A stretch of DNA of 64,000 bases from Octopus vulgaris (taxonomy: Eukaryota): contig OX597822.1 of assembly GCA_951406725.2 (NCBI GenBank), positions 21,390,001 to 21,454,000 of the forward strand, read 5' to 3'. The first letter of the stretch is position 1; every line of letters begins with the position of its first letter. This document shows, piece after piece, positions 48,201 through 61,210 of the stretch. Both the position numbers and the translations under genes were made by a program. The notes below the pieces were generated by a model. The model was not told the origin of the DNA, did not search any database, and saw only the letters and a list, made by a program, of their open reading frames with translations.

Positions 48201-49029
48201 ACATATGTGTAGATGATTTTATATGTATGTATGTTTGTACATGTGAACATTTGTTGACACATGAGTATGGACATGTAGGGAGATGCAGTTTACAACATAT
48301 TTGCAAACTTACTACCCCAGGCCTTGACTGTCTAAGAGGAAGACTTTCTAAACTGATGCCATTAACCTGTCTGAGACATCAACCTATTGTCTCCGTTCAC
48401 TTTCTGATATGTGCCACTGACTGTTTGTACAGTAGCTGCTATTATTGCAATTAGAATTGTTGTTACTGTTATCACTGAGTCTACAACTCCTGGGAGGTTA
48501 TCTCTTCTTCCTTCCTTTTAATTCTATTGTGTACATGCATGTGTGATTGAGTGTGTATTTGTGTGCCTACCTGAATATGTATGCAGTGGGTATGGCCTCC
48601 ACTGTACGCCTATTTATCTTCTATTTATCTTCTGTCAACAGCATCCTCTCAGTATTCGTTCTGCTGTACCAATGATGTTGAATGTAATTTGCATAACTGG
48701 AATATATATTAGCATAAGCATCCCATCAAGCTTTGTATTTTTAACTGCTAATGTAGCTAATTACTTTGCATAATAATGACTGTGTTTTTATAGAAACATG
48801 TATTCTTTAGAAAGCTAAACTATCAACTATGTTTTCTATGCTTATTAGTACTATGTGTGTGTGTGTGTGTATGCACATGCATATTTATGTGTGTATATAT
48901 TTATATATGCTTATAATATATATTTCTGTATATAAATATGTGTTGTGTATGTATCCATATATGTGCATAATGTATAAATGCTTCTTAAGGTAACCCAACT
49001 TCCTTTCCAATCCTAAATACAGGTTAATG

Positions 49030-50200
49030 AACTTGCTCAAGAGTGAGATAAGCACTGTAAATAAGTAGATTCTTGATGCCAACAACTTTGTTATTGGTAA
49101 AACTACAGATGATGCAATGAGATTGAAGCACCATTCTAATAAACTGATTTTGCTATATCAGGAACTAAGCAGAATGCAAATTCACCTTGTTTGATATGCC
49201 TAGTTTGATACCCTTCAGTATCAAAATTCTTCCTCAAGAAAGACCTAGACTTTGGTAGACAATTTATCAGAATTGGCATTCCTGATATCATTATGAATGA
49301 TCAGAAGTCATTCCTGTTTTATGAGGATTTCTATCTAATGTGCCCATGGAGAGCTATGATGAAGATAAAGTTACTGGCCTTGTGACAATATTAAAACTGG
49401 CTACTCTAAAAATGTTTACTCCTTCACATTTTGGCTTGGTAATATCTCATCATATGAATGACCATACCACAGATAAGTCCAGAGAAAAAATCTCATAAAT
49501 GTTTCCAAGAATTCAACTTAATTAAAACTGTTACACCATTTTAAGAATGGTTGACTTCCTGAACATAACACTAGATCTAGAAACAGGCAAGTTCTACACA
49601 AAGCTCAATAAGGAATATTTTTATAACACCCCCATGTGTAATTTGAAACCTAATCACAGGTATCAATAAAATAATCTTCACTCTATCAGTGGCCAGCAAA
49701 ACCTAAAACAGGGCTTCCTCATTATAACAGGCAAAAAATGACTTTAGGGATAAAGTACTGTACCTGGAGTTCCCTCAATCCACACCTAAACCAAAAGAAT
49801 TAGAAAAGTACTCTTGTTTAATCCTTCATTTAATCTGAATATTTACACTAAAACAGCCAAGAGCTTAATAATAGTATTTCCCAAGACATCATAGCCTCTT
49901 TAATTCCTCCCCTTCAAGCTTAGTAACTTACGCATAGAAAATATCACTTCCTAAATTGCATGCTGCAACTCAATCAAACCTGCACCGACGCAGATTTCCT
50001 CCCACACTACAATCTAGAGTTTTCAAAATTCTACCTACTGCTTACTGGGAGATATTGCTTCCCTAGATACTATATGGTCATAAGAACTATGATAATTTCA
50101 AGGGAAAATTTACACAGCACATGCCCTCCTTTAAGTATAGGAACAGGGAAAACTTTATCATTTTGTCTCAGGTTCACCGGGGACCTAGGAAACAACTACT
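49030..50200 (+). pseudogene. Degenerate Naiad-like PLE reverse transcriptase fragment
   Basis: VDFLNITLDLETGKFY at ~49550-49597 and a LFNPSFNLNIYT linker motif at ~49813. Many disruptions; boundaries are approximate. Confidence 0.55.
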
Positions 50201-50387
50201 GTAACATGACATGGGGAATCCTTGATAGGGCTTTAATCTCTGTGAGAAGCTGCATATATTGCAGCAGCCTGCAATATCCATTTAGAAAAAAATCAATCTC
50301 ACTTATTGTTGCCACTGTGGACTGCAAAATATGAACATACTCACACAGATACACATACTTATATTTTATATTATATATTATATATAG

Positions 50388-50722
50388 ATGCAAGCATGGC
50401 TATGTAATTGAGAAACTTACCTCCTGACCATATGGTCTTGGTTTTAGTACCACTACATGACACATTGAGCAAGTGTCTTCTACTATAGTCCTAGGTTGAC
50501 CGATGACTTGTGAATAGATTTGGTCAGTGGAAACTGAATGAAACCTATTGTATGTAATATATGTGTTTGTGTGTACCCTTGTCTTGACATCATATGATGA
50601 TTGTAAATAAGCATCATCATCATACAAAAGATACTGTTAATTTCTAGTCATAGAAAATCTGCCTCAACAAATTCCATCTGAGTCATGCAAGCAGAGAAAA
50701 GTAGACATTAAACGACGACGAT
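50388..50722 (+). mobile_element. SINE with the 1062-type head and an RTE-type tail
   Basis: Head TTGAGCAAGTGTCTTCTACTATAG..TTTGGTCAGTGGAAACTGAA. End CATGCAAGCAGAGAAAAGTAGACATTAAACGACGACG. Confidence 0.65.
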
Positions 50723-50734
50723 TGTGTATATATT

Positions 50735-50993
50735 CTCTTATTCTCTTACCTGTTTCAGTCATTTGACAGTGACCATGCTGGAGCACAACCTTATTGGGTT
50801 TTTTTAAGACCCCAGGACTTATTCTTTGTAAGCCTAGTACTTATTCTATTGGTCTCTTTTGCTGAACCACTAAGTTACAAGGGCATAAACACACCAACGT
50901 CGGTTGTCAAGCAATGGGGGGGGGGAACACTGACACAAAGATACACACACACACACATGTATATGACAGGCTTCTTTTAGTTTCTGTCTACAA
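50735..50993 (-). mobile_element. SINE (1062 family) 3' half, abutting the Tx1-like fragment
   Basis: Reverse complement of ~1195-1470, including GTGCTCCAGCATGGTCACTGTCAAATGACTGAAACAG. Confidence 0.8.
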
Positions 50994-50994
50994 C

Positions 50995-52888
50995 TGCATC
51001 GGGTTGTCGAAATCGTATCTAGATAGGATACTGTGTAGGACAGTAGATAGAGATAGCATAGGATATCCACAATTCCACATAGTCAGCTACATGGATCACA
51101 AACTTGTGACATGTATGCTAGACTTAGGTAAGACACTTAGGCAGGGTCCCGGATCCTGGAAACTAAACGCGTCTTTCCCATCAAGACAGGTTTTCAGAGA
51201 CCGGATTAGCACACTAGTAAAGAGGGCTTTAACGGGAGCCATCATCAACAACAAATGGTGGTTTGCCCTCAAGAGAGCAGTAAAAGCAGAAGCGATTAGG
51301 TACAGCAAAGCACTAGCCATAGATAGAAATAGAGTAGAGGGTGAGCTAGTTAAGAAGCTAGAAGAGGCAATTAGAAGCGGCATCGCATCCAACGTTTTGG
51401 CGGCGAGGTTGGCCCTCAACCAACACTTCAACGCCAAACACGAAGGGTGTGCTGTCAGAGCTAGGATGCATGCTCTAAGGAACGAAGGTGTTGGAGCCGC
51501 GAGAGAGGCCCGGGTGGCAGAGGCGCAACAGGGCAACAAAGCCACCATTCGGTCTCTGATAGATGAACAGGGGCACGAATTGCTCAAGCCAAGTAAAATG
51601 TGTGAGGCCTTTCAACAGCATTTTGCCCGACTGTTCAGGATGAGTGGCAGGCAAGAACATAGGGTGGACTTCAGTGCCTACCTACACAGCCTACCACGAC
51701 TCTCGACAAGAGAGGCAGGGTGCTGCGAAGGTGCCATCATGGCAGCGGAAGTGCAGGATGCGATGGCAGAATGCTCGAGGGACAAATCACCGGGTTTGGG
51801 TGGTCTACCCTACGAGCTTTACAATTGTATGCCAGACTTGTTTGGAGATGTCTTGGCAGTAGTGTACTGCAACTGGCAGCAAAACGGGAGCATTCCTGGT
51901 TTTGTGAGCCAAGGAGCCATAACACTGCTGAAGAAAGATCTAAACAAGGGAAATGTAATAGATAACTTTAGGCCCATCACTCTGCTTAATGCAGACTTGA
52001 AAATTTTGGCCAAGGTGCTAGCCAAGAGGTTGGCGCTTGTCATTGAGAAACTGGTCGACAAAGCGCAAACATGCACCATGCTGGGCCGGACCATCCATGA
52101 CAACCTCCACCTGATGCGCTACATCATAGACAGGATAGTTGATGAACCTGGCATGGGTGGGGCGCTGATCAATTTGGATCAATCGAAAGCTTTCGATAGG
52201 GTGGACCATCGATACTTAGAGGCAGTCCTCAGAGCGGCTGGCTTCGGTCTCGTCTTCTGCGGCTGGATAGCCGCTTTGTACAGAGGCATCCGTTCGGTAA
52301 TTCGTGTAAATGGACATCTATCGAGACCTTTCGACATCGTACGTTCGGTCCGTCAGGGATGACCCTCTCGTCGCTTCTATACGTATTGATTCTCGAGCCA
52401 TTATTGCGGAAGCTGGCAACTTTGAGGGGCATCTCGTGAGAACTGGGATGCGGGACGAGCGTGTCTGCATACGCGGACGACGTCACCATCATAGTGTCTA
52501 GCCACGAGCACATCGAGCAGGTCAGCGAGACACTGAAAAACTACGAAGCGGTGACAGGAGCAAAAATCAACCGGGAAAAGTCAGTGGGCTTGTGACTAGG
52601 CACCTGGAGAAGCAAGCCCATGCTGTCCACCAGCGCCTCCGTCGTGGGACGCTGGACCGACGGCCCGGTCGAGTTGCTTGGGGTCTGGTTCGGTCCGGAC
52701 CTCCAAGTGGAGAAGAACTGGAACGAGATAACGAGTAGGGTGGTCACTCTCGTCCGGCAATGGGCTGAGAGGAAACTGTCCCTAAAAGGTTGGGCATAGG
52801 TGGCGAACACGTACATCGCGTCCGTCATCTACTACCGCCTGACCATCATGATTTGTCCCGACCCTACCATCACCAAACTAGAATGCAT
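50995..52888 (+). mobile_element. L1/Tx1-clade LINE ORF2 internal fragment (end of endonuclease through RT)
   Basis: Motifs YLDRI, DHK, GPGSWKLNAS, KSPGLGGLPYE, NFRPITLLNADLKILAKVLAKRL, LDQSKAFDRVDH, SVRQG* and SAYADD. Premature stops after 52362. GC-rich relative to the flanks. Confidence 0.9.
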
Positions 52889-53021
52889 TTATGTATATTT
52901 ATATACCTGATGATCATTACATACCATCTGATGACATAAGTTCCTACTGGCCAAAGTTCAATTCACTAGAGTGACTAGAAACGAAACACCTTCATTTGGG
53001 TGTTATCGACAACGATATATA

Positions 53022-53067
<46 letters not shown>

Positions 53068-53232
53068 ATATATATGTTTGCTTTGATATTTCATTTCTAA
53101 AATGTGATATGTATATTTCTGATACACCAATTTACAAATATACTGGTTTTCAATCTTTGTTCTGCCTTGAGGCATTTACCATTTATTTGACGTTTTTCAG
53201 TGACTCTTTCTCCCACCTCTCTCACTCCCCCC

Positions 53233-53281
<49 letters not shown>

Positions 53282-53871
53282 CGTTTACGAAAGACTGTAT
53301 AATATATTGATGGAACAGATGTTTTACAGCTGGATGCTTAGCTTCCGAGGTGGGATGTGCCAACTCTTGAAATGAATGATTTATTCATAGCATGGACCGC
53401 ATGTTCATAAACTGTACATCAGTGCAGTGGTGTTGTTTATTGCAGCCTCACACACTATTTATCTCTTCATATCACAAATAATGAATAAGTGCTGCTAATA
53501 GAAATGAAAGCTTTATATCTGTGTATAGCATTTCAAACAATTTGCCAATCTTCTGCCATTTTTCTTTGTTTTTGTTTTTGTTTTGTTTTCTTTCTCTGTC
53601 CTCTGGCTCTTCTCTCCCAGGATCTCTGTGTGTGTGTGTCTCTAACCCACTCTTCCACTGGTTTCAGTCATTGGACTGTAGCTGTAAAAATTTGGTCAAC
53701 AATAATGTCCACCCTACTACTTTGTCTGGTATCTAAGTTGACCACCTGATGATGAGATGTGGGCAAATTTGACCTGGGCAAAAGAAACAAATGGGATCAA
53801 AATGATTATCATAAGATGGTTTTGTTTACCAAATTGTTGTTATTCTTTCAGACACACACATATAGTGTCCC

Positions 53872-54900
53872 ACAGAAGTATGTACAGCCCTAAAAAATTT
53901 CAGTAAAATTGCCATTATTTTGATAATATTGAAGGAAATCAAACATGCATGCACACATAAACTTGGAACACAACAATAAACATTTTCAAAGATATGACTG
54001 AAATATTAATTTTCAAATGATGCAAAAATATGGTTACCTTAAAGGATTATTTGCTATATTCAATATTTGGTGTGACCACCTTTGCTTTCAATGACTGCAT
54101 TAAGTCTTCTGGGCATAGATTTGACTAAATTTCCTCGTATAACCGATGAAATCTACCATTCATCTGAATGATGTCTTTCAACTGTATTACATTGCGAGGT
54201 TTTTTTCTCCTCAACCTTCCTTTTCAAAACACCCCACAGATGTTCTATTGGGTTGAAATCAGGTGACATGGCAGGCCAAGGCAATACCTTTACTTTTTTT
54301 ATCTGATATAAACTTAGTCATCATCTTTGAATTGTGTTTAGGGTCATTATCATGTTGGAACATGGCATGTCTTCCAAGTTCCTTGATGCTTTTGAATATT
54401 GTTTTCTAAAATATGTCACAATAAAACCTTGAATCCATTGTTCTCTCAATAAATGTGAGTCACCCCACACCAGACACACTCATGCATCCCCAAAGCATAA
54501 CACTTCTACCTCCGTGTCTCATGGTAGGCATGGTGCAGTTGTTACTATTATCTTCACCTGGTTGTTGCCATACTCATTTAGTATCATCTGATTCAAACAA
54601 GTTGATTTTAGTCTCGTCAGAAAAAAGAATTTTATTCCAAAACTCCTTCTCCTTACTCACAAAGGTTTTGGCAAAAGAAACATTACTTGATTTATGCCTG
54701 GTAGTGAGGAGAGGTTTCCTACAAGGAATGTGTCCATGAGGACCACACTGGTTCAAATTTCAGCGAACTGTTTTGGGTAGATACATTCTTTCCACTAACA
54801 GAAGACACTCCTGGACCTTTGTTGACTGGCAAGAAATTTTGAGTGATGAAATTGTAGTTTTCTTTCTGAAATGATCATGGACTGTCCCTATTCATGTGCT
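53872..54900 (-). mobile_element. Decayed Tc1-family DNA transposon
   Basis: Minus-strand RKPLL, ILFSDETKINLF, HGGRSVMLWGC, FQHDNDPKH, WPAMSPDFNPIEHLW and KGGHTKY. TA-TAGTG TIR-like end at ~53872. Confidence 0.88.
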
Positions 54901-57526
54901 TTTTGGACCCTATTACTCATCATGTGACAACCACTGTAGCAGTTATTAACAGAGGTAAAAAAAAATGAGTGCTGCATCCTGGATTTTTAACATGGTCTTC
55001 TTTTAGGGTTACTGTAAGGAGCTGAAACAGGAGGATGAAAATGCATTAAAGAAAATTAACTGGGAAGTTTCTACAGAATCAGGAATATAATGAATCCATT
55101 GTCTGCGCATCCAATCACCTTACTCAACTGTCCAGCTCACCTTCATTGTCAAACTTCTGGCCTCACTAAATAGAATGACTCACATAACCATTGTATTGGA
55201 TTATATAGCACAGCAGATATGTCAAATCTTCCAACAGCAGAAATGTTATAAGCTTTGCTTGTTGCAGAAGCTGGTTGCATTTGTTTTAGAAACAAGTTGC
55301 ACCTAGAGAAGCTAGCTTTATTTGCCAGAGATGCTAGTCACACTTATTGAATTCCAGGATGGTTAAGTAACTCCTCAATATTCTACTCCATTGCTTCGAA
55401 ATTCTGCAAAGCAAAAGATTCATTCTAACAGCTAATAAGAAGATATGATTGGTTGGATTTTACATGAGCATGTTCTTCTTTCATGATATCCACCTAGTTT
55501 TAGGAAATGCCACATGTCAATGATATTAACAAACATAGTCAATGATATTAACTGAGCATTTTTCTTGAGAAGGTACAGTAATCTAGTGAAAAGTGTTAGA
55601 ATCTCTCTTGGACTAATATATTTTTGACAAAAACCACTTGTACACGGTTATATTATTTATTAAAATCCAAGAGACCTTCTCACTGGAAAACCACATCATC
55701 CTAAGTTTGTATTTTTAAGGACTAGCAGTTTATTTGTGAGTATCTCTGGTTGGTAGTATATGTAGATTTAATAGAATTTATCACAAAGTTGCTGGTGGTA
55801 GTTTGTGTATTCATTATTCACTTAATATCTAAAGATTGAATTCAGTTGTATTATGTTTTTCCTTTTTGTAGTCCTATGTTCATTTGGATAGAGACAATCG
55901 AATTGGGTTGTGTACAATAATTCAATTGGTTTCAGTTACTTTCATTAGTTATTTAAGGATGAGTGCAATGCAATACGATATAAAATTCAATACTCAAAGC
56001 TGCAATCTGTGCTAACTGTACTATTGTCAAGTGTACTACTTACAGAGCCGTCATTGCTGAGGACAAGAAAAGAGGACACTAAAAAGTTGGTAAAGACCAG
56101 AAGAACTGGCTATAGTTCATGGGGTAGAAAGGTACGGGGGCTGTATGATATAGTAAGGCATCTTTTGCAAGAATTGTTTTCTGAGGCAAATGCCACCAGT
56201 ATTTGGGAGTAAGCAAGATTCTCCAGACCTTGCATATAGACCGAACAGTTTGTGTGAAACTCTGAGTTACTTGAGAGACTGAGTTTTAGTTGTGTGTACA
56301 ATATGGAGAGACATGTTTGAAAGATAGTTTGTTCACCTGCCTAGCTATTTCTGATAAGTCAAAAGTGGACCACATTTGCTGCTTAAGACAGTTGGCAAAA
56401 GACTAAACTAGTAGAGCTCCAATGAGTTAGCTGACTTGAATTACTATAGGGTCAGTGAGTTTGTGATTACATGTCAAGCAGTTACAATAAAGCAGCTGTC
56501 AGTTTACTCAGTAGGTTCAGAGACAGTTATGGTTTTAATTTGCATGACACTATTTGATGTCAAATTCTACTTGGTAAAGAAATGTCAATAGTTATTGGTG
56601 TAGTTATTGATGTTAGAAATCACAAGCTGTGGTGGTCTGCTTATAGCAGTTCTCATGAATACATGATATATTTATTTAATCTAAAAAACTTGTACATTTT
56701 ATTGCTAATCTTATTACAAATTTTATCATTTTCTAGTATTGTTTTACTGTTTTAAATTTTGTGTATGTTTTTTTAAAGATATATTCAAACAAAGAAACAA
56801 AAAATGTACATTTGAAATTTAAAACTAACTCTTGAAATCTTGTGAAAGAGGAACATTTAAAATGTAGACACTTTTCTGAATTATTTATAGTGTCAATATT
56901 ATAATAAAAATAAATTCAGTAAACATGAAACATTGAATGGAAATTCTTTTAAACTGTGTTTATGGAGTTAATGCCATGTTTTCAACATGTCTATGTCATA
57001 CTTTAGTAAAGAGTTGCTCCTGAATTTCTCTCTCTTGATATGTGTGTGTTTAGAGGGATATATAATCCGATCAGATACTGTGATAGCTCTCATTTATGTT
57101 CCAGGTTATGGCTAACCACATCGATTAGTACTTTATGTCTATGACTACTAGGAGTTGTCACTCACACTGTAAATTCTACCAATGGGTAATTCCATGTTCA
57201 CTTCACTGGAATGTATATTAACAGTAATTATAATGATAAAAAACATGGAGACTGGTACATCCCCCAAATTTATTTCCTTTTATTTTACAATGTCATACAT
57301 GTCTTCATGGTTATGATGACCTACATGTGTTTCTACTGCACAGAGTATGGGAAGTTACATATGCAACTGGGCATTTTCTGCACAGCTTCGTTCGAGGTCC
57401 TTCAACCAGCTTGGCTCAAAGTGAACTGAAGCTGGTTGAAAAACCCCAAAAGAAACTGCACAAATTCATGCCCAGTTGCATAAGCATATTATAATTATTG
57501 CTTATATATATATATATAAACACACG

Positions 57527-57560
<34 letters not shown>

Positions 57561-57638
57561 AATACACATATATATATATACATATATATATATAAATACA
57601 TATATATACATATATATATATATAAATACATATATACA

Positions 57639-57706
<68 letters not shown>

Positions 57707-57831
57707 GTGTGTGTGTATATATATATAAATTATAAATAAAAGTTTAGATTGAAATTCAAAATTTAGCATTTAAACTGTATGTTGGAGATGTCCTTACAAG
57801 TATACTCTGGCTTCTGTATCAGTTATTTAGG

Positions 57832-57862
<31 letters not shown>

Positions 57863-58139
57863 TGCTTGCATACATGCATATTGTGTAGTATATGCGAATG
57901 TTTGTCCCTGACTAAATATAATTTACCTTCTTCCATTTTCAATCAGACTGTCAGATGCTCTTAATATCCTTATACATCACTGGTTACAAGGCACTTCCAT
58001 TCTTTCCTTGGCTGTTCCCTCCTCTGTAGTTAGGACCTAAATTGTTTGACTGTCATCATTCCATTGTCTTGGAGGTCTTCCAGCTAATCTCTTCCAGTTT
58101 CTTGGATACCACTCAACAACTGTATGAGTTTACTCAGAG

Positions 58140-58195
<56 letters not shown>

Positions 58196-58225
58196 ATACA
58201 TAGATACATACATATATATACATAT

Positions 58226-58271
<46 letters not shown>

Positions 58272-58275
<4 letters not shown>

Positions 58276-59081
58276 AGAAGCTTTATGAAAATAGACAAAA
58301 GACGAAGGCAGGTGGAAAACAAACAAACAATTGTATTAGTATGGCGCTCAGGAAATATAAATAAAACAAGTCTTTAACGTTTCGAGCCTACGCTCTTCAG
58401 CAGAAAGATACACAGAGAGAAAAAAAACACAGAAAGAAGGAGAGAAAAAAATACGCGTGCAAAAGCTAGCGAATCAACATGGCGATCTGATTTCGGCCAG
58501 AGGTCAAAGATCAAACATGAGACGCGAGAGCGAAATAAGGGGAGATAATAGGGTTGATAATAGGGTTGAATGACCCTAGGATAGGTCTGGACAGGCGTAT
58601 GTATGGGGTTGGTGTATGTATTAGTATGTATTAGTATGTATTAGTACGTATTAGTATGTATAAGTGTGTGTGTGTGTGTATGAGAGAGTATAAGTGCGTA
58701 TGAGGGGTCTGGACGTGTGTATGTATAGGGTTGGTGTATGTATTAGTATGTATTAGTACGTATTAGTATGTATTAGTTGGTGTATGTATTAGTATGGCAC
58801 ATCATATATGATGTGATGTGTAAAGTCGTGTGGTGTAGTGAGGAGTAGAGGGGGAGGGGGAGAAGAGGGGGGAGAGAAGGGGAGGGGAAGAAGAGGGGGA
58901 AGAGGAGAGAGAGGAGGGGGAGAAGGAAGGGGAGGAGGAGGGGGAGGAAGGAGGAAAGAGGGAGAGAGGGAGAGAGAAGGGGAGTGAGGGAGCAGAGGGA
59001 AGAGGGAAGGAGGGAGGGAGAAAGAGGGAAGAAGGGAAGGGGAGTAGGGGTGAAGGGTTAGGGTTAGGGTTAGGGTTAGGG
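58272..59081 (-). mobile_element. Non-coding PLE-associated element with minimal hammerhead, low-complexity body and telomere-like repeats at its 5' edge
   Basis: Hammerhead motif, (TATTAGTATG)n array, purine-rich tract, (GGGTTA)4 at 59055-59081 and TA flanks. A relative lies at 30690-31167. Confidence 0.65.
58371..58408 (-). ncRNA. Minimal hammerhead ribozyme motif
   Basis: Minus strand TCTTTCTG-CTGAAGA-GCGTAGGCTC-GAAA-CGTTA-AAGA: conserved core boxes, palindromic AACGTT at stem III and TCTTT/AAAGA as stem I. Confidence 0.7.
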
Positions 59082-59535
59082 ATATATATATATATATACA
59101 TACTTTCATATATATATATACATACATATTTTCATATATATAAATATATATATATATACACATACTTTCATATACATATATACATACATACATACATATA
59201 TATATATATTGTGTGTGTTCATGTATATTATCACTCACACACACACACTCTCTCTCTCTCACAAGCACAATCTTATTCTCTTGTAATTATTATATTAAAA
59301 TCTTTTACACAGTAGTATTGAGTTTAAAATTACAAGCGAGTCTATATGTTTGTGTTTGTGAGAGGGATATTGTGTGTTTGTTCATGATAACACCACATGC
59401 ACACTTATCTATATACATCTCATATTCTCAATCATAAAGAGCATCAGGTTGATTCAGAGTGATGCACCTATAGAAGGCATCTTTCTTAATAGCAAACTTT
59501 GATATATACACTACAACATAGACTATTGATTAGGC

Positions 59536-59619
<84 letters not shown>

Positions 59620-59626
59620 ATAATTC

Positions 59627-60053
59627 AAAAACTGTTACTCAGAGTTTCCCGTTCCTGTTTGTTGGATAGATTTGGTTGAGAATGGAACAAAATATGGTTA
59701 TATGCATAAATATACAATTACACAATTACGTTGATAGATTTAAAATCATATTATGATTTTAAATAGTAATTGTAATTTCATATAACTGGTTATTGAAAAA
59801 ACTGTTAGTTGAAGAGACCAATGAAACAAACCCATTTTCAAATGTGTGTCTATCAACATAATTGTATGTTTATGCGTATAACCATATTTTGTTCCATTCT
59901 CAACCAAATCTGTCCAACAAACGGGAATGTCAAACTCTGAGTAACAGTTTTAGTGACGTCTTTGTAGCTTTATAAATAAAACATATTACACTACTTCTGG
60001 TATTCAAGTACTGATTTTTCCACCTTGTTTCACATTTATTTGATTACTCTGGT
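59627..60053 (+). mobile_element. Miniature PLE-type fold-back with decayed long-stem-II hammerhead
   Basis: 59627-59738 is an inverted copy of 59849-59951, with a ~100-bp 3' extension on the right only. Reads ACTGTTAG-TTGAAGA-GAC...GTC-(G)AAA-CTCTGAGTA-ACAGT. Confidence 0.6.
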
Positions 60054-60660
60054 ATATATATATGTGTGTGTGTGTCACAATGTAGACCCAGTCTGTTAGC
60101 TGTTTAGCTGTGTGTACCACTGTCAAGACAATCTATCATACTGCTATGCATATGTCTCATAGATCTCTCTCTCTCTCTCTCTCCCACACACACACACAAA
60201 CATTTATAAAAGTGAGTGAACAAACATATAACAGCAACACTCAACACTTGGAGTTGTGTGCATTGAGAAGAGCTGGATCTGTTTTTCCATGAAACTTCAT
60301 GTATCATGAGAAGCTAAGCCAAACATTTACTCAGTCTGTTTATATTTATGTATTGTTAAATTTCAGGATGGTCATTTTTTTCTCTTCCAAATAACACTCT
60401 ATACTCGTTCTTCACATCAGCATAATTATCATTCTTATTTTAGTGTCTTTTGTCTTAAATCTTTCGTCACACATCCTGTGATCTCTTCAACAACTCTCCA
60501 TCCCACATGTTTCCTCCTGTCCTGTTTAGTCCATTCTCCAGTGAGTGGAGTATGGTTATTTGGAAAAAAAAAAACAAAAAAAAAAACGAAAATGACCATC
60601 TCGAAATATACAATATCTTTTACACCACAGAATTTCATATCAGAAAGCTTGCAAAACAAA

Positions 60661-60891
60661 TGAATGAATGAATGAATGAATGAATGAATGAATGAATGAA
60701 TGAATGAATGAATGAATGTATGTATGTATGTATGTATGTATGTATGTATGTATGTATGTATGTATGTATGTATGTATGTATGTATGTATGTATGTATGTA
60801 TGTATGTATGTATGTATGTATGTATGTATGTATGTACGTACGTACGTACGTACGTACGTACGTACGTACGTACGTACGAATGAACGAATGA
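60661..60891. repeat. Tetranucleotide array (TGAA)n > (TGTA)n > (CGTA)n
   Basis: Direct reading. Confidence 0.95.
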
Positions 60892-60894
60892 AGT

Positions 60895-61210
60895 CAGGTG
60901 GCTGAGTGGTTAGGGTATTTGGTTCATGATCATAAGGTCACAAACTTGATTTCTGACATGCATTGTGATCTTGAACAAGACTTTTATTTCACATTGCCCC
61001 AGTTCACTCAACTGGCAAAGATGAGCTGTGCTGGTAATTCAAAAGACCAGCCATGCATGTCACATTGTGTCATGTTCAATCTCTCTGAGAACTATGTTAA
61101 GGGTGCATGTGTCTGTGGAGTACTCAGCCACTTGCATGTTAATTTCACGAGCAGGCTGTTCCATTGATCAGATCAACTGGAACCCTTGTCGTCGTAACCG
61201 ACGCAGTGCC
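60895..61210 (+). mobile_element. Degraded tRNA-derived SINE related to 38270-38527
   Basis: TGGCTGAGTGGTTAGGG, TTGAACAAGACTTTTATTTCAC and CACTCAACTGGCAAAGATGAG. Confidence 0.65.

Noticed and set aside
52905-53010. Hammerhead-like CTGATGA...GAAACACC/GGTGTT
   Set aside because: Stem III is good, but stem I and the stem II closing pair do not form. At best a decayed relic.
55007-55090. Possible terminal exon (GYCKELKQEDENALKKINWEVSTESGI*) followed by UTR-like unique DNA
   Set aside because: Short, no recognisable homology and no linked upstream exons. Needs RNA-seq.
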